A DNA stretch of 64,000 bases from Octopus vulgaris (lineage: Eukaryota): NCBI GenBank assembly GCA_951406725.2, contig OX597819.1, forward strand, positions 80,352,001-80,416,000, read 5' to 3'. Under the pieces are notes generated by a model, which worked only from the letters and a program-made list of their open reading frames with translations, did not search any database and was not told the origin of the DNA. Numbering within the stretch: the first letter of the stretch is position 1; every line of letters begins with the position of its first letter. Shown piece by piece: positions 26,051-39,400 of this stretch. The position numbers and the translations under genes were made by a program.

Positions 26051-26251
26051 ATTGGTTTCAAATTTTGGCACAAGGCCAGCAATTTCGGTGTTCAACAAGT
26101 ACTTATTGTATCAACACCAAAATGTCAAAAGGCAGAGTCGACCTCGGCAGAGTCGACCTCGGCAGAGTTTGAACGCAGAACGTAAAGACGGACAAAATGC
26201 TGCTAGGCAATTTGTCGGGCGTGCTAACTATTCTGCCAGCTCTCCGCCCTA
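26051..26251 (-). mobile_element. SINE family D copy with a 15-bp internal tandem duplication
   Basis: GGCAGAGTCGACCTC twice at 26131-26160; family head and tail motifs present. Confidence 0.8.
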
Positions 26252-27114
26252 AAGTCGGAAGAGATATAACAAGACATACCGTCTGACAATTCCGTTAATC
26301 TTCTAAATGCGTTATCTTCGTGATATTTCCAAGAATAAGGAAGTCTTTCTACGGTCATAGCATTTTTTCTCGGACTGCCTAAGTTTGGAACTCTCTTCAA
26401 CCTGGTTGTTTTCCTCCTCTTTATGACATGAACTCTTTTAGTCTAAAGTAAATTCATTCTTTTCGTCTTAATCTTACCTTCTTCATAGTCATTTGCACTA
26501 AGCGGCTTCTCGCCTTGTTTCTTTTATAAGAACTTCCTTATATAAAAGCAAAAGATTCGCGAAACGATTAAAGGCCAGCATAACCACGGCAGGATTGAAT
26601 TTCAAAGCACTGGGTCGCATCAAATGTCCACTAGCCACCGTTTTTGTATGTAGAAATCCACCCAAGACATGCCGTTGAAACAGCCTTTGATAACCAAGTC
26701 CAACACGTACCTTAAGCTTTAAACTCAGTGGAGCTCTTTTAACTTGAAATTGGGGAAAAAACAGTGATTTCAAACTATGAGAAAAGGAAACTTTCAGAGA
26801 ACACCAACACTTCTTGATGGCAAGATCAGATCTGGAGTTGAAAAAGCAGTCTAACGTTCTTAGGTTGTATCGGCCCTCGTTCTTCATTAGGACAGCATTG
26901 GTCATAACAAGAGGGAAAACTTAATAAATGGGCAGCTGCTTGTCTTCCATAAAATTTCGTGTTGGACTGAACCCAGGAGTCGCTACTCCAGCGTTACCTC
27001 ATCGCAATGGCAAAGAAAGACTGTCCAAGTGACACACAAATGTGTGTGTATACGTGTATATATGCGCGTATAATTGTACATACGTGTGTATATATTATGT
27101 TTTTTTTTGGGGGG

Positions 27115-27340
27115 TTTTTTTTTTGTACTTGTTTCGGTCATTTGACTGCGGCCATGCTGGAGCACCGCCTTTAGAGTGGTGAAAGAGTACAGCAGGGATC
27201 ACCACCATCCCCTGCCGGAGCCTCGTGGAGCTTTTAGGTGTTTTCGCTCAATAAACACACACAACGCCCGGTCTGGGAATCGAAACCGCGATCATCCGAC
27301 CGCAAGTCCGCTGCCCTAACCACTGGGCCATTGCGCCTCC
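27115..27340 (-). mobile_element. tRNA-derived SINE family B
   Basis: Head is the reverse complement of 19185-19345; tail AAGGCGGTGCTCCAGCATGGCCGCAGTCAAATGACCGAAACAAGTAC followed by A-run. Confidence 0.9.
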
Positions 27341-27411
27341 ACAATGCATAAGATATGTATATATGTATTTTTCTCTCTTTTTCTAAGTATGTATGTATGT
27401 GTGTATATATT

Positions 27412-27461
<50 letters not shown>

Positions 27462-27515
27462 TATATATGTATAAATATATGCATATATACGTATATATAT
27501 ACATATACATATAAT

Positions 27516-27626
<111 letters not shown>

Positions 27627-28013
27627 GAGAAATACATTTATTAATTATAACTGTGTGTAAATGGATTGAAAATGTTCAGAGACGTGAATTTTGATTAACA
27701 GGCGGAATTAGTGTTTACTGGATTCGTTTATATTCATTTAATAAAATAAATATACTACAAAATTATTAATCAGTGTATTTATAACGGAAAGAGGAGAGAA
27801 AGCGAAAAAGTGAATAGAAAATGGAAAAGAAAGACTTTATAACAGAGAGGCAAAGAGAGAAGAAGGGGGAGACGGTGGAAGGAAGTGAATAGAGGTACTT
27901 GTAATATGGTGTAAGAGTGCGTAGAAATAAAAGGAAAATGATAGAGACTGAGGGAGAAAGAAATTGGTGAGGCCGGAGATTAGTTGTGAAACGCATAGAT
28001 GGACATATAGAAT

Positions 28014-28119
<106 letters not shown>

Positions 28120-28152
28120 GTGGATAAACAAGCAGATTAACAGATCGAAAGT

Positions 28153-28239
<87 letters not shown>

Positions 28240-28861
28240 GTAAATGAAGGAATATAATAGGAATGGATGAGACAGATGGATAGGCAGACGGAGCGAGACG
28301 CGGAGAAAATTCATGTAAAACAGGGGAATAATATAAATGAATGAGAAAAGGAGAGGAATCAGTGCCGGAAGTGAGAAATAGAGGGAAATGTGAAAGAGTA
28401 ATCCATACTTGTATATGGTTATGTGCACATGTGCTTTTTCTGTGTGGGATAATGAAAGTGAAAGTAGGGGAAAAAGCAAAAAAAAAAAAGAGAGGACAAG
28501 GGAGATGTTATGTTAGTGAGAAAATTAGATGTGATGAAAAGAGTGTCAGGATTAAACGGGAAAATAAGAAGGTGGGAGAGAGACAGAGAGAGAGAGTGAG
28601 AGAGACAGACATGCAGACAGAGGCATAAACAGAGAGTGAGAGAGAGGGTAGGATGTGAGGATGTCAAGGGTGGGGGAAATGAATTAAGGTGTAAGATGAA
28701 AGAACAATATGGTAGTAACTCCTAAGGGGATATAATGAAACAGAGAAAGAACAAAACAATTCAGACAATTCGTAACAAAGTGAGATTACGTGTATAAAAA
28801 TAAAACTACAAGTGAATAGGATATGTAAACACAGTTAATTATATGTGTATGCATATATGTA

Positions 28862-28896
<35 letters not shown>

Positions 28897-29124
28897 GTTT
28901 ATATATATATATATACACATATATATGTATGTATGTATATGTATATATCCATGCATAAATAGAAGCATACCCATATGCACATACATATGCACATAAATAG
29001 CTGTCTGTATGAATGTGTATGTATGCATATATATGTATGTTTGTGTATGTATATATGTGTGTAAACACATGCATGCATACTCACACACACAGACACATAC
29101 ATGTACATAAATATATATACATGC

Positions 29125-29155
<31 letters not shown>

Positions 29156-29759
29156 AACACGTACCCCCTTCTAGGACACACATACAAAAAAGCGACACAC
29201 CTTCACAACACCTTCATCACATCGCACATTGCACTACTCTCCACCCCACTCTACTCCATTCCACTGCCCCGACCCTACACCCTTACACTTCTGGCCCTTA
29301 CCTCCACTCCACACCCACACCCAAACCCACATCCCCCCACACACACACACACCTCACAGCAATGTCAGTAATCCTTGTCTGTGTAGGAATGGTGTTGGTC
29401 GAGCGATAATGATTCGTGTTTGATCGATTTCATTGACACGACGTAAAGGAAGAGGGGAAAAGCCCCGCAATGATGTAGTTGGAGACACACGACGTATTCA
29501 GCTGTTCGTTCAGAAAGGGATAAAAAGTGCAATTGGATTTTAGCGAAGAAATCTCTGTTGCTTTCCTTTACTGCCGTTTCTAATTTCATGCCTTGTTGCT
29601 TAACTCATTCCAATCTAAATGAAGTGGACATAACATAATCTGCAAGCATTAATGAGGACGGGAAATCCATTTTTTTCCCCTTTTGCTTTTTTTTTTTCTT
29701 TATTTTTGCTATGATATGCTTGTTACTTTTCTGTAGTATATTCTTTCTTTTATTTTCTG

Positions 29760-29969
29760 GAATAACAACAACAACAACAATAATCATAATAATGACGATG
29801 ATGATAATAACTCTTTATTTGCCACAAGGGCAACGGATAAGAAGGAAACATTGCCGTAAATTCAAAGATGATCATCATGATGTCATGATGATGATAACGA
29901 TTATCATTATTATTATTGTTGTTGTTGCCCTTGTTGTCATCGATGCTATTCTTTTTAGTAGTAGTAGTT

Positions 29970-30010
<41 letters not shown>

Positions 30011-30113
30011 GGTGGTGGTGGTGGTGGTGGTGGTAGTGGTGGTAGTGGTGGTGGTGGTGGTAGTGGTGGTGGTGGTGGTGGTAGTGGTGGTGGTGGTAGT
30101 AGTAGTAGTAGTT

Positions 30114-30153
<40 letters not shown>

Positions 30154-31452
30154 AATTGTGATAATCGTACTCATAATGATAATAATGCTTGATGATAATG
30201 AGCGGGTGTGAAGTCGAATTTGGATGATGATGAAGAGCTGTATGAGGAGGAGGAGGAGGGGAGGAGGAGGGGAGGAGGGGAGGAGGAGGAGGTGGAAGAG
30301 GACGATGTGGAAGAGGAGGATGTGGAAGAAGAAAAGAATAACAAGAACAAGAATAAAAAGAGGAAGAACAACAAGGTGAAGAAGAAGAAGAAGAAGAAGA
30401 AGAAGAAGAAGAAGAAGAAGAAGAAGAAAAGGAAGAAGAAGAAGAGGAGGAGATATGGGGGAGGGAGAGAGATGCTTTCAAAACATCCTAGAATGGAGAT
30501 TTTTTAACCCGTCACAGTTTGACTAAATCTTTCAGTCTACTTGTTTTTTTCTTTTCTGGTGGGAGAGGACAGATGTGTTTCAAATTTTCTACATCTACAG
30601 TATAGTAGACACTCACACACACACACACACATATATATATATAAAATTTGTATATCTATCTAACTACCTATATGTGTGCGTGTGTGTGTGTATTTCTCCC
30701 CCACCCCCCACAATCGTTTGACAACCGATGTTGGTTTCTTTATGTCCCCCGTAACCTAGCGGTTCGGCAAACGAGACAGATAGAATAAGTGAATAAGTAC
30801 TAGGCTTACAGAGAGTAAGTCCTGGAGTCGATTTGAGAAAATGATAGAGAAAGAAAGAAGAGGCAGAGAAAGCTACAGACATTTATACATTCCGAACGTT
30901 CGACCATGGGCTTTTCAGTTCGAAATCGTTATGTCCTCTCAAAATAAATACACAACCATGAGATAAACTATATCTTGGAAATAACATTACCATACCAGCT
31001 TCTTATTTACATTTGTTTTGCTTTTGATGTAGTACCTTTTTCACGAAGAGAAGAGAAATATGTTCCTTTCCTCCTAAAAATGTTTTTAAAAATTTCTTCA
31101 TTTTGTATTTTATTTTGTGGTTGGATCAGGCTAAATGGTTTATCTTTCGTTAATTATTAGCCCTCATGGCGCGGCGGCGGTTATTAACTTTTATGGTGGC
31201 GATGGTGGTGCTAGTGGCAGTTGTGCTGGTGGTAGTGGTTGTGGTAGTGGTGGTGATTGTCATGGTCGTAGTGATGGTGGTGGTGGTGGTGGCGTCCAAA
31301 CAAATGGGCAATTTGTTATTCTGTCTTTTACGCTTCGATCAGTGGAAAAAGCAATAAACGTCCTCCTTTTATTCTTTGCTGGTGTTTTTGTTGTTACTGT
31401 TCTTGTTGTTGTTGATGCTTTTGTCGTCGTCGTCATTGTTTTGCTGTTGTTG

Positions 31453-31484
<32 letters not shown>

Positions 31485-32130
31485 GGTGGTGGTGGTGGTG
31501 GTAATGGTGATGGTGTTGGTGGTGACGGTGATAATGGTAATGGTGTTGGTGATGGTGTTGGTGGTGACGGTGGTAGTGGTAATGGTGATTGTGGTGGTGA
31601 TGGTAGTGGTGGTGGTTGTGGTAGTTGTATTGATAGTAGTTGTAGGAGTGGCGGAGGTGTTGGTAGTGACGATGACGGGGATAATGGTAACAGTGATTGT
31701 TAGCGGTGATGGTGGTGGTGGTGGTGGTGTTGGTTATGGCGACGGTGATGGTGGTAGTGTTGACACTGATGGTGATTATGATGATGATGGTGGTGGCACA
31801 GGTAAGGGTGGTAGTGTTGGTGGTGCTGGTAGTGATGATGGTGGTGGTGATGGTGGATATTGCTGGTGACAACGGTGGGGATAAATGTTGATGGTCGTCA
31901 CATTGGAGAGTGTTGGGAGTATAGGTGGAGTAGATGGTGTTGGTGACGGGGAAAGGGTGGCTTTGGTATTGGTGGTAGTGTTGTTGATTCCGGTAGTATA
32001 ACTGGTAGTTCTAGTGTAGGTACTCGAGCATAGGTTGCAGTATTAGTCCTATGAGAGGAGTCGTGTTTATAGTAGATCTGTTGGTGTTGGTAGAAGTGGC
32101 TTAGGCTGGGCAGCAGCGGCAGCCGTAGTG

Positions 32131-32171
<41 letters not shown>

Positions 32172-32193
32172 GGTAGTAGTAGTAGTAGTCGTG

Positions 32194-32246
<53 letters not shown>

Positions 32247-32640
32247 CATGGTGAAGGTTATGGAAGTAGAAACAGTGGTGGTGTTAGTGATGATGTTTGT
32301 GGTATTAAATGTGTGGGTGGTAATGACTATGTCAAAGGTTAGTAACTGTTGTCTTAGTGGTTGTGATGGTTATAGTGGTGGATGTAGAGAGTGTGGTGGA
32401 AGTGAGGATAGCGACGGTGGTGATGATGAATGCAGTGGATGGGGCTGCCGATGTTCTTCTATTAGGGTTATTGCTGATAATGATCTTAGTGACAAAACCA
32501 ACTGCAGCGGTTTAAGTAGGAATACTGATGATAATAATGGAGGCATCGGCGGCGTGATGGTGGCAACGTTGGCGATGGAAGCGGTAGTGGTGTCGAATCG
32601 ATGTTGGTACTTGTGGTAGTGGTGCAAGTGATGGGTGGTG
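29760..32640. repeat. Large compound trinucleotide low-complexity domain (GTA/GGT/GAT/GAA/GCA)
   Basis: Direct reading; includes a SINE family A 3' fragment at about 30690-30835. Confidence 0.85.
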
Positions 32641-32849
32641 GCGAGTTGGTAGCAATTATGATGCTGTTTTTGTATCGTTTCGGTTCGATTCCTCAACCGT
32701 CTCATAAGGAGTTGAACGAGAAATCCAGTTGACCTATAAATGGTCGACAATATGATATGACAGGAGGAAATATAGACAGAGATAGATGGATATGAGAGAG
32801 TAGAGGGAATACTTGATGGTTGTGAAGTAGGCAAGGAAACTAGAAGGGA

Positions 32850-33420
32850 GACTAAAACTAGAGGGAGATATTAGAGATTAGAGAAGAGGGACGTGAGATT
32901 GGACAAGAGGAGCAGAAACGAGTGTTGGTGGACCAGGTAAAAGTGGGTGGGAGCAAGGGAGGAAAAGAATGATCAGAGACTACAATGGGATCCAAAGCCT
33001 AAAAAGAGGAAACCAGAGATTGAATAAGAGACCAAATATTAGAGGGTATTGACACTAGTGCAGGAAGGGCTACAGAAGGGAACCAGAGAACAGGGGTTAG
33101 AGATTAGAGGTGGAGCAAATACAAGAATTGGACAAGAATTAAGAGGAGGAACCAGGGAGTAGAGATGGAGATGTGAGATTGTGCGGGGGATACAGAAGCA
33201 AGCGGGAAGTAGAGGTAAGTAGGAAGTAGTAGAGCTTAGAAAAGGGACCAGAATCAACAGTAGGATTCAAAGTGTAAAGAGGGGAAACCATAGACTAGAT
33301 GAAGGATCAAAATTAGAAAAGGAGATCAGCGAATTGAGGGTAGACGAGACTTTAGAATTAGAGGAGCAGAAACTACAGATAGGGTCCAGAGACAAGAGGG
33401 AAGCCAGAGATTAGAGTGGG
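32850..33420. repeat. Degenerate purine-rich minisatellite of roughly 20-bp period
   Basis: Recurrent GGAACCAGAGATTAGAG-like units. Confidence 0.55.
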
Positions 33421-33444
33421 AATCAAGAACATATTATTGTTAAT

Positions 33445-33860
33445 TGCCTAGCAGAATAATTACTATTTCGTTCGTTTTTACGCACTGAGTTCAAAATCCA
33501 CTGAGGTCGACTTCACCTTTCATCCTTTCGGGGTTGATAAAATAAGTACCAGTCGAGCACAGAGGTCGATGTAATCGACTACCTCATTTCCCAAAAAATT
33601 TCAGGCCTTCGGTCTATAGTAGGACAAATTATTATTTGCTTGGAAGGTGGTGAGCTAGCAGAATCGTCACAGCATCGGATGAAACGATTTACAGCATTTT
33701 TTCCGGCTCTTCATGTCTTGAATTCAGTTCCTGCCGAGTCAACTTTACGTTTCATCCCTCCGCGGTTGATAAAATAAAATACCAGTCAAGTACAGCAATT
33801 GATACTATCAACTAACTCTCTCTGCATCAAGATTGCTAGTCTTGTGCCCAAATCGAAAAC
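33445..33860 (+). mobile_element. Two head-to-tail SINE family D copies
   Basis: CTGAGTTCAAAATCCACTGAGGTCGACTTCACCTTTCATCCTTTCGGGGTTGATAAAATAAGTACCAG; second copy begins AAGGTGGTGAGCTAGCAGAATCG at about 33644. Confidence 0.85.
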
Positions 33861-34871
33861 CATATTATGTTCTAGGTCTAGAGTAAAGAGCGGTGACTAT
33901 GATGTTCGTAGCCTCTCGGACGACTTTGTAGAAGGTAAGTGATGAGTCTGTATGATGTTACTTCAACTGGGTTTTTTTGTTGAGTTTTAAATTCCCTGAA
34001 CTCTGTATTATCTGCAACTTTTAGTTGCAACAGCATTCTCAGAATCTGGAAGTTGTTAAATTTATGTGTTATGTACACCTTGCTCGACGGAGCGTTTTCT
34101 TCATAAACTGATAACTGGCGATGTTAGTGATTTTGGTATCATCCACTGTGTCGAGAAGCACTGATTGATGTCAGTCGCCGACTGATGACCAGAACGATCC
34201 ATAGTGCTAGATGTATACAACAGAAAATTTACCCAACTTCCAACTTTTAAGATATTGTAGGCACGGAATGTTGAACATCTTAGAGACTGCACTGAATCCT
34301 TCAGGTTCTAAGCGTTTTTGGTGTTTGCTTATGATTTTGTTTGCAATGGGGAACTGAATATTTATATTTTTCTTTAGTTTCTTAGGTGTCTGAGAGAACG
34401 AGAGATCAAAATCATAGTCTTGATAAAAGAGGGATATATTTTCTTTTGTCTTCGTGTCTTTGGGGAACGAAAAATTATCCGGCAACTCGGACTAATATGC
34501 ACGAGCTCGGTAGGTGTAAACGACTTACTGGCATCTCTTATCAAGAGTACAGGTGCTGATGTTTGTTGGGCATTCCGCTGTCGTTATTTGATTGCTGTTA
34601 TTCTGTGCGTCTGTGTGCAAAGATCAGTTGTACTTTGTAGGGTTGCTTTATTTATACCCTTAACTTAGAAATGGAGAAATACATAGTGCTAGATATAAGA
34701 AAAATAAGCTATTTGGGGCTAGAAATATTGCAGAAAACCGTGAAATTCTTCAGGCAGGCATGTGTCTTACGCAAAATTTATGATGCGCCCGACTGATGAA
34801 ATCTGTGATGAGCTCGAGAGACGAAATATGTGATGAGCCCGTGTAACGCTCAAGATATATATATATGTATG

Positions 34872-34905
<34 letters not shown>

Positions 34906-35252
34906 TGTATGTATGTATGTATGTATGTATATTGTGGATCCGGCTCCATGCAATTTAAAGATTCGCAGGCTTCTTAAAGAAATATGGCTCGTCGGGCTCA
35001 GTTAGCCAAACTTCACATATATACATTATATACTATATACGTATTTGTGCAATCTAGTACAATCGCTTCGTGGTCGGTCGTCACCTACTAAAAAGAGCAG
35101 GTTAGTCTAACGAGTAGAGTTAGTAGAGGCCTCGCAGAACTAAAACAATGCCTGTCAAAAGGATTAGCGAAACCCACCTAAAGTCAACGGATATGTCTTA
35201 ATAGTGCTACGAGTTATGCGTACATACATACACACACATACATACATACATT

Positions 35253-35572
35253 TCGTTTTTGGATTTGGTTTGCAAGATTCTTTATGTGAGTTCGTGTGTT
35301 GAAGCATATTCTGTTGTGTCTGGGGAGAGTCATTTTCTTTTTGTGCCTTATAATTTAACACACTCACCGACAAAATTTCCACCTATTTCTTATTTTTTAT
35401 TTTCCTAAAATTTTCGTTGCGTATTGCAACCTTTTCAATAGTCAAGCCTATTGCAAAGGTTGCAAGACGCAACGAAAATTTTAGAAAAATAACCAATAAG
35501 TGGAAAATTTACCGGTGAGTGCGTTAAATTATAAGGCACAAAAAGAAAATGACTCTCCTCAGGCACAACAGA
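35253..35572. mobile_element. Fold-back element with hammerhead-like motif, copy 2
   Basis: Same termini as 9828-10168; ACATACATACATT at 35240-35252 and 35573-35585; centre near 35444. Confidence 0.85.
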
Positions 35573-35589
35573 ACATACATACATTGTTA

Positions 35590-36350
35590 AATGTAAATAT
35601 AACAGGCCGGTTATTGTTGTTTGGGACAGAGGGGCAAAGAGGTCAGCTACCCGGCAGATACAAATGTCTCTTTGAAAATCAAAGAAAAAGAGGATATCTA
35701 TGGACAACTGCTTCGAAACCTACAGCTTCTATATCCAGACGATGAATTTATATTCATACCAATAATAACTGGTGCACTAGGTTTTGTTAGTAAATGCTTA
35801 AAGTAGAACCTGGAAAAATTGGGATTTTCAGAAAGAGAAATCGACCGGCTAATTCGTACATTACAAGTGCAATCTGTGAGTGGAACGGTAAAAATATGCA
35901 TACATAACAGTTACTCTATCTACATTACAAGTTCAGTTTATACCTGTAATTATTGGGGCACTGAGATATGTAACACACTGGCTAAATACCAGCCTTGAGA
36001 AATTAGGTTTCTCAAAACCAGAAAGGAGAAAACTGATTCGAAGTCTACAGATCCAATCCGTCACTGAAACTGTAAAAAATCTGTAAAGCTTTCCAGAAGT
36101 TTACCATTTAAGTATATATGAGCATGTCTAGTTATGCAAATTGCACATATACATACATACCTACTTACACACGTACATATATACATACATACGTACATAC
36201 ATATATATATACATACATATAACAATACCCTGTTGATGTTGAAATTCCAATGAGGGAGCTATGGATCTGGGTTAGAAACCTGATCTTTCTATATTGGCAA
36301 GAAATCTTGAAAAAAATATTGAATAATGACATACATACATATATACATAC
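35590..36350 (+). mobile_element. Two consecutive 3' fragments of R4/Dong-type RLE retrotransposons
   Basis: EVSYPADTNVSLKIKEKEDIYGQLLRNLQLLYP...IPIITGALGFV...LEKLGF...LQVQSVSGTVKIC; second diverged copy IPVIIGALRYV...LEKLGFSKPERRKLIRSLQIQSVTETVK, then a 3' UTR ending in (TACA)n. Confidence 0.8.
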
Positions 36351-36633
36351 ATACGTACATACATGCATAAATACATACATACATGCTTACATATCACTGC
36401 TGCTACTACTGTAACTGCCATCTTAGTGTCTGACATTGTTTTCATTAACATTCTCAATTAAAAAATTTACTTCTTTTTAAATCTTCCGACCTTGGTCCAG
36501 GTTTCCTTTTCACAGTTCGTTTCTCACCTGTCTTAGTTTTCTTTCGTTCTTAAACTCTTTCTTCTTTTCTTCTTCTTCGTTATATATACCATTATTTTTC
36601 TTTCCTTTTACCTCTGTCTTCTATTTTTCTTCT

Positions 36634-36680
<47 letters not shown>

Positions 36681-36946
36681 TTCTTCTTCTTCTTCTTCTT
36701 CTTCTTCTTCTCCCCCTCCCTCCTCCTCCTCTTTACTGAAGCTTAATTTGTTTTCTTTCCTTCCTCTTTACGAGGCTCTGATAAAGCTGTAAAGTGTTAC
36801 TAAGGCACTCGACTATGCGTTCACAGCATCCTATTGCGGTAACACCTGTAACCTAATAAAGTTCATAAGATAATCGTGTATTCCTTTCTCATCTCTTTTA
36901 TCTTACTTTTCCTATATATATATATATATATGACATATATATATAA

Positions 36947-37161
36947 AGTTAGTCCAAACATGAAAACACAAAGAGAAAACACAACAACGCGAGGACGTGG
37001 AACAAATATAGTATTATGGGACGCTCAGGAAGGAAGGGAAGAAGGAGGGTTTTACGTTTCGAGCGGAGCTCTTCGTCAGAAATATAGGAAAAGGAAAGAT
37101 CCAGAGAAGGGAAGACGGAGGAAAAAATCGCCAACGGTACACACGCGGCCACATTTTGAAT

Positions 37162-37165
<4 letters not shown>
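36947..37165 (-). mobile_element. Solo Penelope pLTR-like element in (TA)n
   Basis: Homologous to the reverse complement of pLTR ends at 59095-59230 and 48950-49085; ATATATATGACATATATATA occurs on both flanks. Confidence 0.75.
37050..37084 (-). ncRNA. Minimal type I hammerhead ribozyme motif
   Basis: Minus strand TTT-CTGACGA-A-GAGC-TCC-GCTC-GAAA-CGTA-AAA: canonical core, 4-bp stem II, GUA site, weak stem I. Confidence 0.7.
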
Positions 37166-37209
<44 letters not shown>

Positions 37210-37500
37210 CATATATATACTTTCACTATTACAGCCAACGATTCTAGTCAACGCACAAGACAGACACTGTGCTCCCACATACAAAACGCCACAACGCAGA
37301 CGCTGTTGAGACTAGTAAGAAACAATTATGAACTTTTTTATTACACTTAACTTTTAAAAATATTTTTGATAAGGTTCGTTTTATCAAGAAGAACCGAAAC
37401 ATGTAAAATCTATCAGAAAATTAAAATTTATCTTGTATAGTGGCGTTTTCAAACTTCTTTTTTATAAATATACATCCACTCGTATGCCACCTACACTTTT

Positions 37501-37548
<48 letters not shown>

Positions 37549-37668
37549 GTATATATATATATGCATGCATATGTGAATATGTGCGTGTATGTATGTATAT
37601 ATGTATATATACATATGTATGTATATATCACTCGCTTACTCTTTATCCTTCTCTCTCTTGCTATATAT

Positions 37669-37716
<48 letters not shown>

Positions 37717-37738
37717 AGAAAGAGAGAGAGAGAGACAA

Positions 37739-37775
<37 letters not shown>

Positions 37776-38209
37776 CAGATAGATAGATAGATATGCATGT
37801 GTGTCCCTCGTCTTCCTCTTTCCCTTTCTTTTTCCTCTTTTTGTTGCTCTCCTCCATATTCCCCTCTCACTCCTACTCCTCTGCCATCTCTTCGCTCTCT
37901 TTGTATTCTAGATCACGGAATAGTGTGTGTTTAACGGCTCTTTGCAGAACCTCGATGAGGAACATAAAACTGTGTAAAGCGATCATTAAAAGGTAAGAGC
38001 ATGTAGACGGTAGTTGTTTGGTGTTGATGCAGTTGCTGATCGAGAGTTCATGTGTGTTAGTAGGAGGAGAATGGAGCTAGAGGAGGAGGAGGAGGAAGAA
38101 GAAGAAGAAGAAGAAGAGGGGGAAATGGAAAAGGAAAATGGGCTTTGAGAGAGAAACAGTGAAAAGCTAAGAAAGAAATAATAAAGCGATAAAAGATAGA
38201 TAGATTTAC

Positions 38210-38244
<35 letters not shown>

Positions 38245-38262
38245 TATGTATATATACACACA

Positions 38263-38299
<37 letters not shown>

Positions 38300-38477
38300 T
38301 ATATACCTATGTACATGCTCCATATGTGCATGCATGCATGTATACATACATACATACATACATACATCGATGTATGCTGAAAATTAAGAGAAAAAATAGT
38401 TGTAATGGCTGTAATGGGAAAAGTAATTAGAAAGGAACGATCAAGTTAGAGAGAGAATGAAGGAGATACAGGAAACG

Positions 38478-38516
<39 letters not shown>

Positions 38517-39253
38517 AAAAAGAAAGAATGAATGAATGTAGAGGAGGATAGGACAAAAACGAAAGCTTGAAATAGAGGCCCACACAGAAGAGAAAAAAAA
38601 ATTGATAGATTGACAGAGATACGAAAATTTGTGATGGGACGGAGAGGGAAATTGTGTATTTGAAAGAGAAATAAAGAAATGATGTGAAAGAGGAGGGGAA
38701 TAAAGATTGTAATTCTCTGTCAAATTCAATCTTATCAAAGCTGTTATGTGTGTTGACCAATAAAAATTACGACTTGACCGTTAATCAAATGTGATTCGAT
38801 CGCAGAAGCATTAACTGGTAAGATGTAACATGTGAGTTGCTTAGCAGTAACACGTATTTACAAGTGTGTTTATATGCGTGCGTGTGTGTGTGTGCTTGTA
38901 TGTGTGTGTGTGTTTGTATGCGTGTGTGTGAGCGTATGTGTGTAGATGTGCGTGTGAGTACATGTACTGTCTGCATATACACACACAAACTCAAACAAAC
39001 AAATATATATATATACACACACATATGTTCGTGTGTGTTCTTCGTGCCTTTAACTGTATATGTGCTTATATATGTGTGTGTGTGTGCGCGTGTATGTGTT
39101 TGAATGAGCATGTGTATGCAGACATTACATGTACACGCATACACACATAATATATATAATATACTCATATGTGTAATATGTTGATATGTATGTTTATGTA
39201 TATATGTATGTATGTATGTATCTAATATGTTGATATGTATATTTATGTATGTA

Positions 39254-39324
<71 letters not shown>

Positions 39325-39348
39325 TCTCTTTCTAACTATCTATCTATC

Positions 39349-39400
<52 letters not shown>

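Noticed and set aside
26498-26905. 135-aa non-repetitive minus-strand ORF
   Set aside because: No recognisable motif or splice support; length is compatible with chance or decayed TE sequence
34785-34830. CTGATGA...GAAA on the plus strand as a hammerhead
   Set aside because: No convincing stem I or III; the motif is explained by the local 25-nt tandem repeat
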